A stretch of DNA of 64,000 bases, from positions 3,545,757 through 3,609,756 of the forward strand of contig MU054187.1 of NCBI GenBank assembly GCA_013239625.1, written 5' to 3'. The notes below the pieces were generated by a model, which saw nothing but the letters and a program-made list of their open reading frames with translations, was not told the origin of the DNA and made no database searches. Shown here piece by piece: positions 1 to 14,150 of this stretch (its first letter is position 1; the number at the start of each line of letters is the position of its first letter). The translations under genes and the position numbers were made by a program. Source of the DNA: Lama guanicoe. Its lineage: Eukaryota.

Positions 1-1543
1 ATTTGTTGCCAATGTGTTTACTTTGGAATCGTGTTCTCTGAAGAGTACTTCGCAGGAGAGGGAAGTTATCCGGAAACCCAGGACTGTGCCTGGGGTCCCA
101 AGGAAATGCTCAGGTGAAGGGTGCCCACTACTGACTTTCAGTGGTTTCATTGTGTCCCTTAGTCAGTGACGTTCAGCTCCTTGCTTGTTTCTCAGTATGG
201 CTCACGGGTGGTTTCTGTTGGGAAGGCCACGGCCCATCAGGCCCAAAGTAGCACAGGAGATTTCTGGAAGTTCTGGAACAGGCAGGTCTTAATGGTCCTC
301 GTTCCTTTCCCATTCCCTCCTCAGACCGTCTTTTAAAAGTTGGGGAATTGGTAAGTCCTTCCCGGGAAGATGAGGCCAAAGGAATGATTTAGCCCACAGG
401 TGGAGCGCGTGGAGGAAGCAGGGGTGGAACCCGCGCTGTGCAGGAGAGTGTGGGGGCGGAACCGGAGTCCAGCGCCCTGGACCGGGTCTGCCCCGCGGCC
501 CTGCCGCTCGGTGGCCACGCCACTGTCAGCAGGGCCTTCGCCTCCGTGGGTTAGTTTTCTCTCCTGTCAACTGGGAATGGTCCTTGCTGCTTCAAGGAGC
601 TGTTGCGGGGATCAAGTCCCACGAGCTGGCGTGGACACGGCACTTCAGAGGCTGCTGCTGGACGCCGAGGAAAACTTGGGGGCGACGGCCCCCATCACTG
701 CAGTAAAGGTGCAACATCTAGTTTCAGTGCACGGAGTGCTGAGTGTCTGCGGGAGGGTCACCAGGTCAGCAGCACCCACGAAGTCCCTAAGCAGCACAAA
801 GCTCACTGTCTTTACAGGAGAACTCCATCTCCTTTTGGCTCCACTTCTGTTCAGGGAGCAAGCCTCACCCCGACCCTTCCCTCAAGGGGGCGCTCGTGAG
901 ACCTCCTGCGGCCCCTTAATTGTCCCGTTTCATCTGCTCCTGGCTTTCCTCGTTAAACTACTGACAACATGAGCAGGGGCCTGAACCGTGGCAACAAGGG
1001 TGGGGCCTTGACGCCTCCGCCTCAGCCCCAGACCGCGTACCTCCCACATCCTCCGCGCTAACCACAGCGCTGCCCGGTCCCACTGCGCCGCCATCCCTTC
1101 CCTCGGGTGCTACCCCGCGCGCCGCCTCCGGGAGCCGTTCTGAAATGATCTCCAAAGAAAGGCATCTCTGGATGTTTTCTCCTTTTCCTCGCCATCGTGC
1201 GCCGCTGGTTAACGTTGCCGCTTTCCCGCAGTGAATGACTGCGGAATGGTGAACACTAACAAAGCCGGCCGAGGCGGTGGAGGACAACTCGGTGCCTGAT
1301 AGTCCAGGCTTTCCCACGCTTCTGCACGGGACCGTGACTGGAAACAGGGGGAAGCAGCAGACCTGTGTGGGGCCGGGGGGGTATTTGAAGTCGAACAATG
1401 AGTAGTCTGTGCAACGTGTTTATGCTTTCTTCCTTTCACTGGCGTCGGCGGTAGCATCAGAGATTCGGGAACTTGAGTGTTCACAAGAGGACATAGTTAA
1501 ACTCAGCAGTTTTTTGCAGTGGGAGACAGATTAGAAATAAACC

Positions 1544-2340
1544 TGTTTACTTCCTCGCAGCCCCGGAAGAGTAAGGACGTGGTGGGGGAGGTGTGAGGGG
1601 CAGCCTTGGGACTTTTCCCAGGCTCTCACATGGCCTCTTCTTCCCTCTCCTTACCACCGACCCCCGCCCTCCCCTCCACTTCCCCCTCCCGATTCTCCCA
1701 GTGCCAGTCGAGACAGGAAGTGGGTGAGGGCACGTGACGGCCTCTCAGTTCATGTGGGGGCTTCATTTCATCACTTCCTGTCTCAGGATGAGTTAGTCCT
1801 AAAAGGCTCTTTGGAGCCCAAGTGTGATCCTCACTCCCCAGCCCATCTCTGAGCACCCCTGCCACCGCCCCACCGCCTTCCTCCCCTTTTAATGGAGAAT
1901 GAGGCTGTCAGCTCTGTGCGGTGCCTTTCTTCTTGTGTTAAATGAAGCCATTTGTGCTTTTTGTGCTGCAATAGGAAAGTGACCCCTTTGCAAAGGAAGT
2001 TGGATACTTTCAAAGCAGAGTGACTTGGCCTGATTCCCTTCCAGCCTTTGCCTCATGTGAGAGAAGAAAAGTGAACTTGGAGGAGGAAGGGGTGAAATCT
2101 GTGGGAATTTCCTTCAGCAGAAGCGGAAATAGAATTGTAGACTTGACAAATGGAGAAGAGAAAGAAGTGGGGAAGTCACAGTTGCATTGTGGAGGTCAGA
2201 GGAATCATCCTGTAATTCAGGTCAAGGGAACCAAAGCCTTTTTCAGTCTTTGGAGGCAGCGTCCCTCAAGTGCAAAAGGGACCAAAAAATGAAATGGACA
2301 TTTACCTGTGGGTAAAACTGCCTTGGAAAACGGGGAAGTC
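1544..2340. promoter_or_regulatory. candidate hematopoietic/immune enhancer in the LYN intron
   Basis: Several ETS/PU.1-type GGAAGT cores (1549, 1713, 1772, 1993, 2171, 2334), perfect NF-kB site GGGAATTTCC at 2103-2112, GGGACTTTTCC at 1608 and FOX-type TGTTTAC at 1544. Confidence 0.45.
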
Positions 2341-4249
2341 AAAGGTGTTGTAATAATCTTGGCAACAAGTACATTTCTTTCGCCCCTTCTCGCTGATAAA
2401 GCACTTCGGTCTCCATCATTTAAGTTGAGCCCAACAGCATTATATTGTTATTTAATGCTTTTTACAAATGAGGAGGTGACCTGGGACCTGTCCAGGGGAG
2501 AGTTGCTGGGCTCCACCCTGGGTCTTCTGACTCCAGGTAACTGGTTCTTTCCCCTGTAGCCCACAGTCATCCCATGATCACAGTTGCCCTGTGATCATTT
2601 CACACTACGCTGATAGCATTTCCCTCTTTTGTGATTATGATTATCAGAATTAATGATATATTTTGTGTGGTTTTTTTCCAAAAACATTCTCTGTTGCCAA
2701 GATGTAGATCTTTCCATCACACAGTGATTATGCTCAAGATTTATTTTGCCCCCTAGTGTTGAGGTTTAAGCCACATTTAATTGGAAATTGGAAAAATAAG
2801 GCTGGTAGGAAACCTCCGTCTGTGGTCATTGGATGATCAGCCTGTTTAGTAGGAAGGCCTTTGGCTGAGAAAATGTCATACAGACTAGGGCTCCCTTGTA
2901 ATAACTCTCAGTTGGAACCTGCTGGTCTGTTGGAGGTAACTGGGATCTGAGGTGTCTGGAGCTGGCTGTTCTGCTGAAGTTTCTAGAGTATTTGCCACTA
3001 CCATCAGACGTGGGTCTCCTCATTCTATCTCCCTGTAAAGAATCTAAAAGACAAGCCAGGGCCTCGTTGTCCAGCTCAAGGCGCTCCTCCACATCCCACT
3101 CCCCAAAACATCAGGGTGAAGCAAGTACTTTATTTTTCAAAAGCTTTATTAACATTAACCCTTCAGTGATGGTGTCATCGCATTTAATTTACCTAAACTG
3201 GAGGAAGAATTACATCAAGATTTTGAGTCAGAGGCAGCGACAAGTAGAAACCTCAGGGGACAGACTTGATTTGCATTTCATCCTGGAGGCCAGGTCCCCT
3301 CCCCACTTCATATTTAATTTCAGCTCTTCACACGAGAACTCTCACGCATGACTCTCTAGGGAGGCCCCGCGTTCCCAGTTCTTCTTTGAAGCCCAAGAGC
3401 CTCCTCCGGGGGAAATGGCCAGCACTGCAGAGACAATTAATTCCACAAAGTCATCTGAGCTGGGTATCACCCTGGCTGGAAAGGTCACGTGGCCATCAGG
3501 ATATGATGGTTCCCAGTGCGCATCATGGGGGAACCACGGCTTGGAAGCCTTCCCCAATATAAAATATCTTACAGACATAGTGTTTTCTCTTTCTCCAGAA
3601 TATGAGAAACATCACTGTCATTTTGTGAATGGAGCTATTGGTGATGTTAATGGTGGAGAAACCATTAAGCCAGGAGTTGGAAAACCTGGACCAGCCTGGG
3701 GAAAATCATCCTGTAGACCCTGTGTCCTCTTCTGTGAAAGGAGGGGCCACAGGTTAGCTTTCCCATAGCCTCGGCACTACTGTTCCGTGACCTCGAAAAT
3801 CTCCTCCTTCTTAGAATATCTACGTGAATTATCACCCCAGAGTTATAATTAATGCTTTTAAGTGTATCCAGATGAAATGGTATAAGATTTTGACATTGCT
3901 CTTCATACGGGAAAATGAATGCATCACATAAATGTAGTACCCAGTGTCAGGCATGTAAATGCGCTGTTATCTTCCTGGAACAATGAATTTTGTCTGAGGC
4001 TTTAAGTTCAGCCCTGAAAACTTACAAAATGGACAAATGAAAGCAGAGTTACTGGCAGAATTGCAAAAGTGGATCATATGCAGTTTCCTTCTGAAAAAGT
4101 TGAAAGAATAGGAAACTGTCATTTAAAAATAGTGTAAAACAGGAACTCTTTTTTTTTTTGGCTGTTGGGCGGTAGGGGTGTTTAAATGTTTAAGCAGTGG
4201 AACCATGACAGGTTGTTTAACAGCAAATAAAGAGGAAGTTCTTCTTGTT

Positions 4250-4410
4250 TTAATTTTTGTTTTTGTTTTTGGGGGGGAGCAATTACATTTATTTACTTAT
4301 TCATTCATTCATCTATTTTTTTAATTATTTATTTTTCAACAGAGGGACTGGGGATTGAACCCAGGACCTCATGCATGCTAAGCACGCACTCTACTACTGA
4401 GCTATCCCCC
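4250..4410 (-). mobile_element. tRNA-derived SINE (camelid Vic-1-like)
   Basis: Reverse strand has A box TAGCTCAGTAGTAG and B box GGTTCAATCCC, followed by an AT-rich tail. Confidence 0.75.
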
Positions 4411-6685
4411 TTCTTGTTTTGATTTTGATTGGAAAACTTTCTAGCACCAATAAGAAGCTTTCAGCTCATGGAGGTGGCTGCTGGGACTTAGGGTTTGCGT
4501 GCCAGCCCTGCCCCTTATCTGGGTATGATTTTTGTCCAGGGGAGGCCACTTCTGGTCAGCATTACTGTAAGTCACAAAGTAACTTCCTCTTCAGATACCC
4601 ATCAGGGAACCTGCAAGGCGAGAATCTAATTGAAGCAGTGTAGGAGCGGGCAGGGTTCATCACCAGCGGCTCAGAGTTCACAATGGACGTGGACACGCTT
4701 AAAGGGGACTGCAGATTGTCAACACAACTGATCTTTGTCTTGAGCTCGCAGTTTGCTTGCCCTGTGTGTCCACCCGCTCTTGGTGTGTCCCTTCGTCCCC
4801 CACCCCGCCACGTGTGCTGAGCACAACCAGGCACGTGCCAGGGGTGGGAAGAGGCAGATGCATCCGCCTCAAGGTGCTTACAGCCTGGTGTGGGAGGCAG
4901 AAAAGTAACAGGCGGGCCGGGGTCGGCTCGCTGGGGACCAGGCAAGGGCTGTGTGGGACTGGCGCCCCAGGCTGTCTTCCGAGGAGGCAGGCTGGAACCC
5001 AGTGGGGCAGGGAGCAGTGAGAGGGGAGGCTTCCTGGAGGAGGCGACACTGAGAGGCAAGGCTAGCCCTGCTAGCTGGGGCGGGGGGTGGAGCTAGGGAG
5101 GAGTCTGGCTGAGTGGACTTGGTCCATAAGGGCAGAAAAAAGAGGTGTGGGGGATTTACAGGTGGGGTGTGTTGAGGAAGTGGGAGCAGGGACACTGAGA
5201 GCTAGACGTGGACGTTAAGGAAAATTGGAGGTAGTGTCAACGCCTGAGTTATGCAAGAGGCGCAAACTCCTGTAGATAACGGAAAAATGTATTTGAGAAA
5301 AGCAGAAAGGTGGTTATATTCAGCCAGCGGTCTCTCGAGAGTTATGGTTTTATGCTTTTGTGTTTATTTACCTCTGAGGACCCTGCAGGTGCTGTTTGTA
5401 TTTACTGTGACACGCGCTTGTGTCTCCAGCCCACCTCTGCCGGAACCACAGGGCGCCACGCTCCTCTGCGCCTAGGATTCTGTTTTGTCCCTGGTTTTTG
5501 TTGTCATTTGGCTTGTTTTGTTTTCTAAACCCGAGACCAGGAAAGGTGGGTGGAAGAGGAAGGGGAAGTCTGTGTTCCAGTCCCAGATCCTTTTTTAAAG
5601 GGGGCACCCTGACACGGGCAGGGCTCATCCTGAAATGTTTCCATCAGAGTTAGATGTCTCAGCACCCGGCCCCCGGAACCTAAGAGCAGCTTGGTCTGGG
5701 GGCCTGAAATCTGAGGGAGTCGCGCTGAGTCTGGACAGGTAAACCTCCCCCCAGTGGCTTCTTGATGCTCCGCGGGAGGCGGGTGTGAGATCCTGGCCGT
5801 GAACCTGGCGCGGGTTCTTTGGTGGCAGTTTGCTCCTTCAAGGCGACGGTCTAAGCAGGAAGGCGTATGACGAGCTCTGTACATGGGACGTCGCCCTGGG
5901 CGGTGTGCCCATGTGATGAGGAGGGAGAGGGGCTGGAGGTCGTGGTCCCAGCGGAGGGGAGCAGCCACGTCATGGGCTGCAGAAGCAGAAAGCCAACCAG
6001 ACACCCGATGTCTGGGCGGGCAGCTGAGCTGTTGGCCCTGTAAGCACCGGGTTTGCAGGGAGCCAGGCATTGACCAAGGGAAATAGATTTTGCTGTGTGG
6101 GTTGAAGTGTCGTGGGACGCCTTGGGCAAGAGGTCCTAGGTGGTCACGTGCTTGAGTGCAGGGTCCGGGGTTTGGAAGCGGGCGTGAGCTGGAGGGAGTT
6201 CTAGATGCTGCTCTGTGGATGGTCCCTTCAGGGGCGGGGGGCAGTTGACAAGGTCCCTAAGGGGATGTGGGGGCACAGAGCCCCCAGGAGAGGGCCAAGG
6301 GGGACAGGTGGGAGGCCAGCCTGGGGACGAGGGACGAGGTCCTCAAGGAGGAGGCAGGGCTGATTGGAACGGAGAAACTCGCTGTGGATTTTGCAACAGG
6401 AACTCCCTGGGAGAACTTGGCTGGACGGTTTCCAGCCATGATTTAGGTGGAAGCCAGGCGCTGGGCCCATCCCTGCTCCAGGATCCCCTCCTCTGCTCCG
6501 CAACCCTGGTATCCTGTCCTGTCTCCAGAGCCCGCTCTCCAAACCTGGCTCCTCTTCCTCCTCCATCCCCTCCTCGGCCTTCTCCCTCCCCCCAGCCCCC
6601 ATTTTCCTACCCCCAGCCCCACCCCCAGCCACACTCTGGAGACAACTGATTTCTGTTATTACTTGAATGAAATTGCTTGGTCCTT

Positions 6686-6890
6686 ATTTTTTTTTACTTG
6701 AAGTATAGTCGATTTACAGTGTTGTGTTGTGTTAATTTTGGTGCACAGCACAGTGAGTCAGTTATACACCTAGATGCCTTTTCGTGTTCTTTTTCATTAT
6801 AGGCTGTTACAAGGTATTGAATCTAGTTCCCTGTGCTGCACAGTAGGACCTTGTTGTTTATCTGTTTTATAGATAGTGGTGTGTATCTGC
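6686..6890 (-). mobile_element. L1 3' end fragment
   Basis: T-run then ttgaagtatagtcgatttacagtgttgtg...ttccctgtgctgcacagtaggaccttgttg, a typical antisense L1 3' UTR. Confidence 0.7.
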
Positions 6891-6896
6891 ATGGTC

Positions 6897-6999
6897 CTTT
6901 TTTTTAATTTTAGTTTTATTTAATGGAGGGACTGGGGATTGAACCCAGGACCTCCTGCATGCTAAGCACGTGCCCTGCCCCTGAGCTATACCCTCCCCC
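6897..6999 (-). mobile_element. tRNA-derived SINE (Vic-1-like)
   Basis: ggggattgaacccaggacctc...ctgagctatacc. Confidence 0.75.
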
Positions 7000-7957
7000 A
7001 TGGTCCTAATTTTTAAAAGCAGGTTTATACTGATTTTTTTCTACGCAGGGGAAAAAAATGAAATAAAATGACTCTGAGTGACCTTTAAATGATCTGTCTT
7101 TTAAAAACCATGGTTTTGTAGCCTTCCGTATAAGTAGGTTTCTTCCCCTGTCCTCGGATCATGAGCTTCAAGATGTTTGTGTTACAGCACACACATAAAT
7201 TCCAATATAATGCTTGTCTTAAACTGAGTCGCCAGAAGCGGCCCCTGCCCTTATTTCAGAGCAGCTTGGTGTCCTCAGAGTTGATTCTGGGGCCAGGTTG
7301 GTTCCCAGCTCCACAGGCAGGTTCGCAGCCCCTACACGGCACAGCAGGGTTGAGTCTCAGTGACCCTCCGGGCAGCTATGCTTCTGGCCTCACTGGCATT
7401 TCACCTCTGATCTCTGCCCCAGTGGTCAACTTAGGGTCCTGCCTGAGGGCCACCACAGTGAGCACGGGGCCACGAGAGGATAGCTAGGCAGTGCCCACGG
7501 CCACATGGAGCCCTGCCATGGGAGCCACCCCATGGCCTTGCCCCTTCCCCCAACTCCTTGCTAGGAGGTGCCCAGCCTCCAGCTCCCAGAGCCCTGCAGT
7601 GGCCAGAGGACGAGGGTGCAGCCCTCCCGCAGGCTTCCCAGCCCCCGGGGCAGCAGGCAGCTCCTGGACCAACCCCTCTGCGTAGTCTTCCTAAACGTGT
7701 CTCCCGCCTCTGCCCACCTTCGTCTCTGCTCTGGCCTTTGCCGGCGCCTCTTGCCTGGTGCTGCCAGCTTCAGACACTCGGGGCATCCAGTTAAATGTGA
7801 CTTTTCGATACACCGCGAATAATCCGTGAGTAGAAACACCCCTTTGTATTTTACCTGGCAGCCCTGCACGCACTGGGTCTGCCGCCGGCCTCTTTCGCTT
7901 CCTCTTTCCAAGCTCCATGAAGCAGGCGGGGCCAACTGGGTAAATTTAGTTTTGCAT

Positions 7958-8170
7958 TTTTTATTGTGGTCAGATGCACATAGCATAAAATCTTCCACTT
8001 TGACCATTTTTAAGTGTGCAGCTCAGTGGCGTTAAGTGCGTCACATTGTTGGGCCACCACCCCCGACATCCACCTCCAGAACGTTTTCATCTTCCCGGAC
8101 AATTAAACGCTCACCCCTGTTCCTAGGTCTCCCCGGCCCTTGGCAACCACTGCTCTCTCCTGTCCCTAAG
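7958..8170 (-). mobile_element. old L1 (L1MB-like) 3' fragment
   Basis: ttttattgtgg...cataaaat...ccatttttaagtgtgcagctcagtggcgttaag. Confidence 0.6.
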
Positions 8171-11100
8171 CATTTAACTGCTCCAGGTCTCTCACCAGCT
8201 GGATGAGTCTGCAGCCCTGCTGATGAGCACCTTCCGTGGACTCCATCACACTTGTCAAAACTCCGGATGGCGTGTGCACGCAGGTCCCCAGCCTCTGCCT
8301 TCCTTGGGCCTGGCGCCCACCAGGCTTCTATTGTAGAGTTTCTCCCAAGCCCACTCCTGGAGACCACCCCTCTGTGCCGCTCACCCTTGTCCTCAGTCTC
8401 TCTCTGTCTCTCTCTGCCTCCCGTCTGTTTCTCAGCGCGTGTGCTGCAGCGTGAATGTTGGGGTGAGTTCTCCCTTGTATGCAGTAGGTGCTCTATAAAT
8501 ATTTGCTGAATGACTGTTGACCCGAGCCGGGACAGCCTACGTTCAGTTTCAAACAACAGATCCTTTATTCTCTGCTTCACGCAGCTCTGAACAAGCCATT
8601 AGAAGAGCATGTGTTTTTCGTGTTTTTCTGGGTCACGATTCGGGTGTATTTAACCATAAGATGTTCTCCTGATACTTTCCTTCTTCCCCTCACCCCCAGC
8701 TGTTTGCTTTTCTGCACAAAACTTACGTTATTGGTTGAAATAAAAGTGAGAAAGGAAGAAGGAAGTAGAATGTCTGGGTCTTTGTGAAAAGACAAAGCTG
8801 CCTTGTTTTGCGCTCCCTGTGGGATAAGGAAGGCCAGGAGGGAGGAGAAATTATAAACGAAGTGTTTAACCCTGAAGCCGGTGGCGGATGCATTTAATGG
8901 GAACATTTAAAAATGAGCAAGTACTCCTCTCCTAGGGTCATTCTGGTTCCTGGGAGGGTCCTTTGTCTGCGCTGCGCCAGCTACGGAGGTGATGGGGCTG
9001 GAATGCAGTGGTGAAGGGGCTGGCGGGCCGTGCTGGGAGAGCGCAGGGCTTCCGGCTTCCGGCTCCGGCTCGCTGTGCTCCCCACATCTCCCTGGGTCTG
9101 TGACGTAGCTGTCTGGGTGGTGCTTGGCGGGGTAGACCTACCTGCGCGTTGATGAGTGAAGGTCGTATCTGCACTCGTGCCGGCAGGCAGCCCCAGCGGC
9201 GTGTGTTAGCCCATCCTCTTCACTGTCCTGGCCCTTCCATCTCCCCCTCCCTCGACCCCAGCTCTGAGGCCCGTCAGCTCATCGTCCCTCTGGCCGCAGG
9301 GTCCTCGGGTCCCTGGGCACCTCTGATTGTTGCCCTCTGCCCAACCTCTCTCTCTCTCCAGTCCCTGATGCTCCTGCCATGGTTGGTGGGCATCCAGGCA
9401 GACCTTCAAACTCAGGCTCTCTGTCTCTTGACTTCCTCTCCCCCAGGATTCCGTCCTCGCCCCTGGAGCCACTCCGTGGTTATGACCGGTATCGCTGGCC
9501 CCCATCCCCGTCCCGGCCCATTGCCTCCCATCTGACTGGCTCACCCTCCACTCCTCCGGCTCCAACAGTGCCTGCCCCTTCCCAGCACTTCCTGTCCATC
9601 CACCTCTCACCTGCCCCCACGCCTCCACTCCCTCGTGTTTCTCTTCTCTGCTGACCTGGCTTCTGTGTCCCCTCTGTCGCACGGACCTTATTCAAGATCA
9701 GCTCTTCACCTGCTTCATCCCCACATGCACACACCAGCTGTGGCCGCTGCTGGGGGGGTGTACCGGCTCTTCTTCAAGACCAGTGACTGAACGCTCTAGT
9801 GACCCCACGCACACACTCCTGCACAGCCGTTTCTGTCCTTCTCCTCTGTCCCCAGACCTAAGCCCTGCCTCCCCCTTCGCTCTCTCAGAGGATGACCTGC
9901 TGTCTCTCTCGCTGAGAAGGAGAAGCCGTCACACGTCCTCCTTCCTGATGTGACAGCCACCTGCATTACGCACCAGGTCCTGTCCCGTCTTGCCTCTCAA
10001 GACACCGTTCTAGAAATTCTGCACTGATGTTTCCCGCTCATTTCTGTGCCATCCCCATGGGAATTGTCATAAAGCCCCCCGTTTCTTCCACATCCCTCTC
10101 CAGCTACCTCTGCCTCCATTCCCCCCCCCCCCCCCCCCCCACCCACCCCTGCAACGGGTGTCCTCGAAGGACCACCCTCCCTCATCCTCAGGACAAGGAA
10201 ATGCCCGAACAGCCACAGAGAACAACCCTGCCCCTCCCGGCTCCCTTCGGAAACACTCGCTGTTCTGCAAACTCATTTCCAAAGGGTTCAGGTGCAAATA
10301 AAAGTAGTAGCAGGGCTGTTTCCGGCATACTTGGGCTCGACCAGAGCCCGTTACAGACCTCCTCAGCTGTCACAGGACGACTGAGTCGGGGATTATTTCC
10401 AGATTATTTCCGGGAGTTCAGGCTCTGCACGGGAACTGTTCCCCCTAAACAGAACTCAAGCTCTCGCAGGTGTTCTGTCGGAGCTGGCACTTGGCGCATG
10501 TGCCTGCTGTGTCTTTTCCTCACTTCTTAGCTGTCTGGCACGAGGTCTGTCTATTTGCTGTTGTGTATTTATCCATCTTCCCCCCCGGAAAGTAAACACA
10601 CGGGGCAGGGCGGGCTGTGTGTCGCTGCCCAGTGCACCTGGAACAGGGACCAGGCTCCTCGCAGGTGGGGGGTACTTTCTGCACATGGATGATGAGTGAA
10701 TGACAGTCCTCGTAGGCTGATGGAAGACCCTGCCTCAGAGGGACACTGGCCTGTGGTCTTCATGCATCGCAGTGTCCTCAGGTCGTAGCAAATCTCGTCA
10801 AGCTACAGGTAACCGGAACCCTAAATCTCACCCCCGGCTGTTTTCTCTTAACTCACTGTGACGTACTGATACGACTTTATAGATGTGAGTATATACTTCA
10901 TGAATGATCCTGGAAGTCTTTCCAGGTTAACATAGCACAGAACAAGTATTTACGCCCAGGGAAATTCTGGGAAAATGTGAATCTAGATCAGATCTCGTTT
11001 TTTAAAATAGATTTTTTTTTTCCTTACCAGAAATCAATGAGTGTTCATTATAAAATTATTGGAAAAAATAGCCCTCAGATTCTGTGATTCCAAAGGCAGC

Positions 11101-13387
11101 TGATATGGGCATTTTGTGCGTTCTTGTGCTATATTTCAGTCTTATTTCATTTTCCTAGTGATTTTTAAAGCAGTAGTATTGATAATGGATTAAAAAAGAA
11201 GAAAAGCCATACTGTACCATAGCTTATAAATTTAAAACGTTTAACCCCGACTCCTTGGTCCCAGTTTTAACAATTCTAATGCATCCTTACAGATACCAGT
11301 GTAGATTCTGCCCCCCCCACCACAGATGAAATTATCCAATTTGTAGTATGTTGCAGTTTTACAGCTTAATTTATCTTGGTTGTCTTCTCATATTGGTATA
11401 GAATGATCCTCCTCATTCTTTTAAAGCCTTTTAATATTCTGTGTAGATGTCCTGTGGTTTAACTGCTCCCTTGTTGATGGGCATTTCTGTTGTTTTCTGG
11501 GGTTTTGTTTGTTTGGTTTGGGTTTTACTGTAACAAACAGTGTACGGTGAGGATCCTTCCCTGTATGTGTTTGTACACGTGTGCAAGTGTGTTCGAAGGG
11601 TGAATTCTGCGTTGCAGATCTACATTTCCAGAAGTGTGTATACATTTTAAATTGTGATGGCTATTCCTCAGAGTCTTGCCAGAAAGTCTTGCCCAAACTA
11701 GGTGTTGTTAACACTCTCTACCCCAGTCTGATAGGTCAGATTTAGTATTTCCATAGTGTAATCTGTGCTCATTTAATATGGGTGAGATCGAGCATCTTTT
11801 CCTATGTTTCTTCTTTGTTTGCCGTTTATTTTTCTGGAACCTATTTCATTAAGCTCTTTGCCCATTTTGTGCATTAGTTTATCATCATTCATCCTTTTTA
11901 ATTGTTCTTTTCATTACTCGTTGTGTCTGTGCCGTACGTGCTGTTCTGTATGTCTCAAGCTGAGTGTTATAGTTTTTCACTGTACTGAAAACTCTCCACA
12001 AACGCTTGTGTACCTGTACAGTGTAACATGCGGCTCCTACGACTGTGTCGTGATTTCCCTAACAGTCCCCTGTAGATGAACATTCAGGGAATCTCCACTT
12101 TTCCACTAATATAAATACCAACGCAAAACGTTTCTGTGGGCAAAGCTTGACTTCCTGCGTCTGCTTCCTCATCCCCCCCGTAGCCAGGTAACAGGGTCGG
12201 AGCAGGAACGTTCGAGTCTCTGGACGGTCACAGCCTGTTTTCACTGAGCACAGTTGGGCGTGTGGTCCGAGGAACTGTCCCTCGGCTGTCAGGTCGCCGT
12301 CCTCCTCAGCATCATACCTCCTCTGTCTCGCAAAAGCCCAGACAGAAGAACCAACGGCTCTTGTCTTGTTTCTCCATCCCTGGGATAAGTTATGGACGTT
12401 TTGCTTCCTTCTTCTCCTTTCAGGGTGATAAGCGTGGCTCCTTAGCCGCAGATCGGGGTGGGTCACGTAGATGATAGCAGTGAAACTGATGTGGAAGAGC
12501 ACACGGTGAGCAAAGGAGACTGCTCCCCGCGGTGTCATTTATTCACTGCCCTGTCCCGGTGTGCTGAGTGGGGATCCCTTTCCTGATCCACTGGGGGGGG
12601 GTGATTGTCAACAGGTCACACCTTCACAGCCTCAGGCAGCTGGTCTAAGGGAGCCTCGTCAGCGGACGTGGGGTCTGGGCCCCCTCACATCCCAGGGGTG
12701 ATGGCAGCCACTCAGCAGAAGGGACACAGAGGCCGGGGCAGCTCCCCACCGACCGCCCCTCGGCTTGGAGATCAGCTATCCTGCCTGTCATTTCACCAGG
12801 ATGGACCAGATCGCGATTATTAATAGCAGCAGCATTATGATTGGTAATAGTTATCACTAACATCTGTCCTGCACTGTGCAGCCTCGCGGTCTCCGCTTCC
12901 GTCTCATCTGGGCTCTACCAGCTCGCTGCCATTATCACCATTTTGGAAAGGGAAAAGTTGAGATTTTTGAGAAGAAACTTGCCCCCTTTTTGTATAAAAC
13001 CCAAGATGACTCATTTATCTAAGGCTCTGATCGAAGCCACAACTGTCTGACTATCTTCGAAGGCGTCACTAGTCATCGCCCTACTTCCTGCTCATCCCCA
13101 ATTGTGCATTCACAACGCGGCCAGGTCTATCTGAGGTTACACTGAGGAGCTGCCCCTTGGAGGAAGTGATACAGGAGGAGCCCTGACCGCCGCCCAGTTT
13201 GGTTTGGTCCCCCCAGGTGTGCATGGGCGTCCCCGTCCAGGATCCCGCGGCGAGCTGCCAAACCGTCTCCTTGGTCTCAAGCACACTGCGCAGGTGTGGG
13301 TGATGGGCGCTGGCCACGCCCCCTGCGGCGAGCAGCCTTTGCCGCTTTCTGTTACTGCTTTGCTCCAGCTGGAAGTTCCCAGGGTAG

Positions 13388-14150
13388 TTTTATTTTTCAA
13401 TTGTGGTAAGATACACGTAACATAAAGTTTACCATTTCATCCATTTTTAAGTGCACAGTTCAGTGACATTCACTTTGTTGTGTGGCCATCACCACCATCC
13501 TTCTCCAGAACTATCTCCATCTTGCAGAACTGACACTCTGTATCCATTGCACGTGAACTCCGCATCCTCTCTCCCACCAGCCCGTGGCAACCACCATTCT
13601 CCTTTCTGTCTCTGTGAATTTCATACTCTTAAGTACCTGGAATCATACAGTATTTGCCCTTTTATGATGGGCTGATTTCTCTTAGCATATTGTTCTCAAG
13701 GTTTGTCCATATTGTAGCACGTGCCAGAATTTCCTTCCTTGTTATGGCTGAATAATATTCCATTGTTTGTATAGACCACATTTTGTGTTTTCATTCATCT
13801 GTTGATGGACACTTGAGCTGTTTCCACCTTATGGCTGTTGTGAATATTGCTCCTACGAACAGGTGTTTACTAATAATACCTGTTAGATATTTTACAAATC
13901 TCTACTTCCAGTTGCTTTGGGTATATATACCCAGGAGTGGATGGATGGATGGATCACACGGTAATCCTATGTTGAATTTTTTGAGGAGCATGCATTCTGA
14001 CTTCCATGGTGGTTGCAGCATTTTTCCTCCCCAGCAGCAGTGCACAGGAGTGCCGATTTCTCCCCATCCTCAACAGCACTTTTTATTTTCTGTTTTGGGG
14101 TTTTGTTTTGTTTGTTTTTATAATAGCCATCCTAATGGATGTGAACTGGT
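13388..14150 (-). mobile_element. L1MB-like 3' fragment
   Basis: ttgtggtaagatacacgtaacataaagtttaccattt...atggctgaataatattccattg...taatagccatcctaatggatgtga. Confidence 0.75.

Noticed and set aside
4340..4410. tRNA-like A/B boxes (also near 6930, 17020, 23140 and 44450)
   Set aside because: Dispersed SINE heads with AT-rich tails, not intact tRNA genes.
10121..10140. 20-nt C homopolymer
   Set aside because: Simple repeat with no supporting context, and homopolymer length is error-prone.
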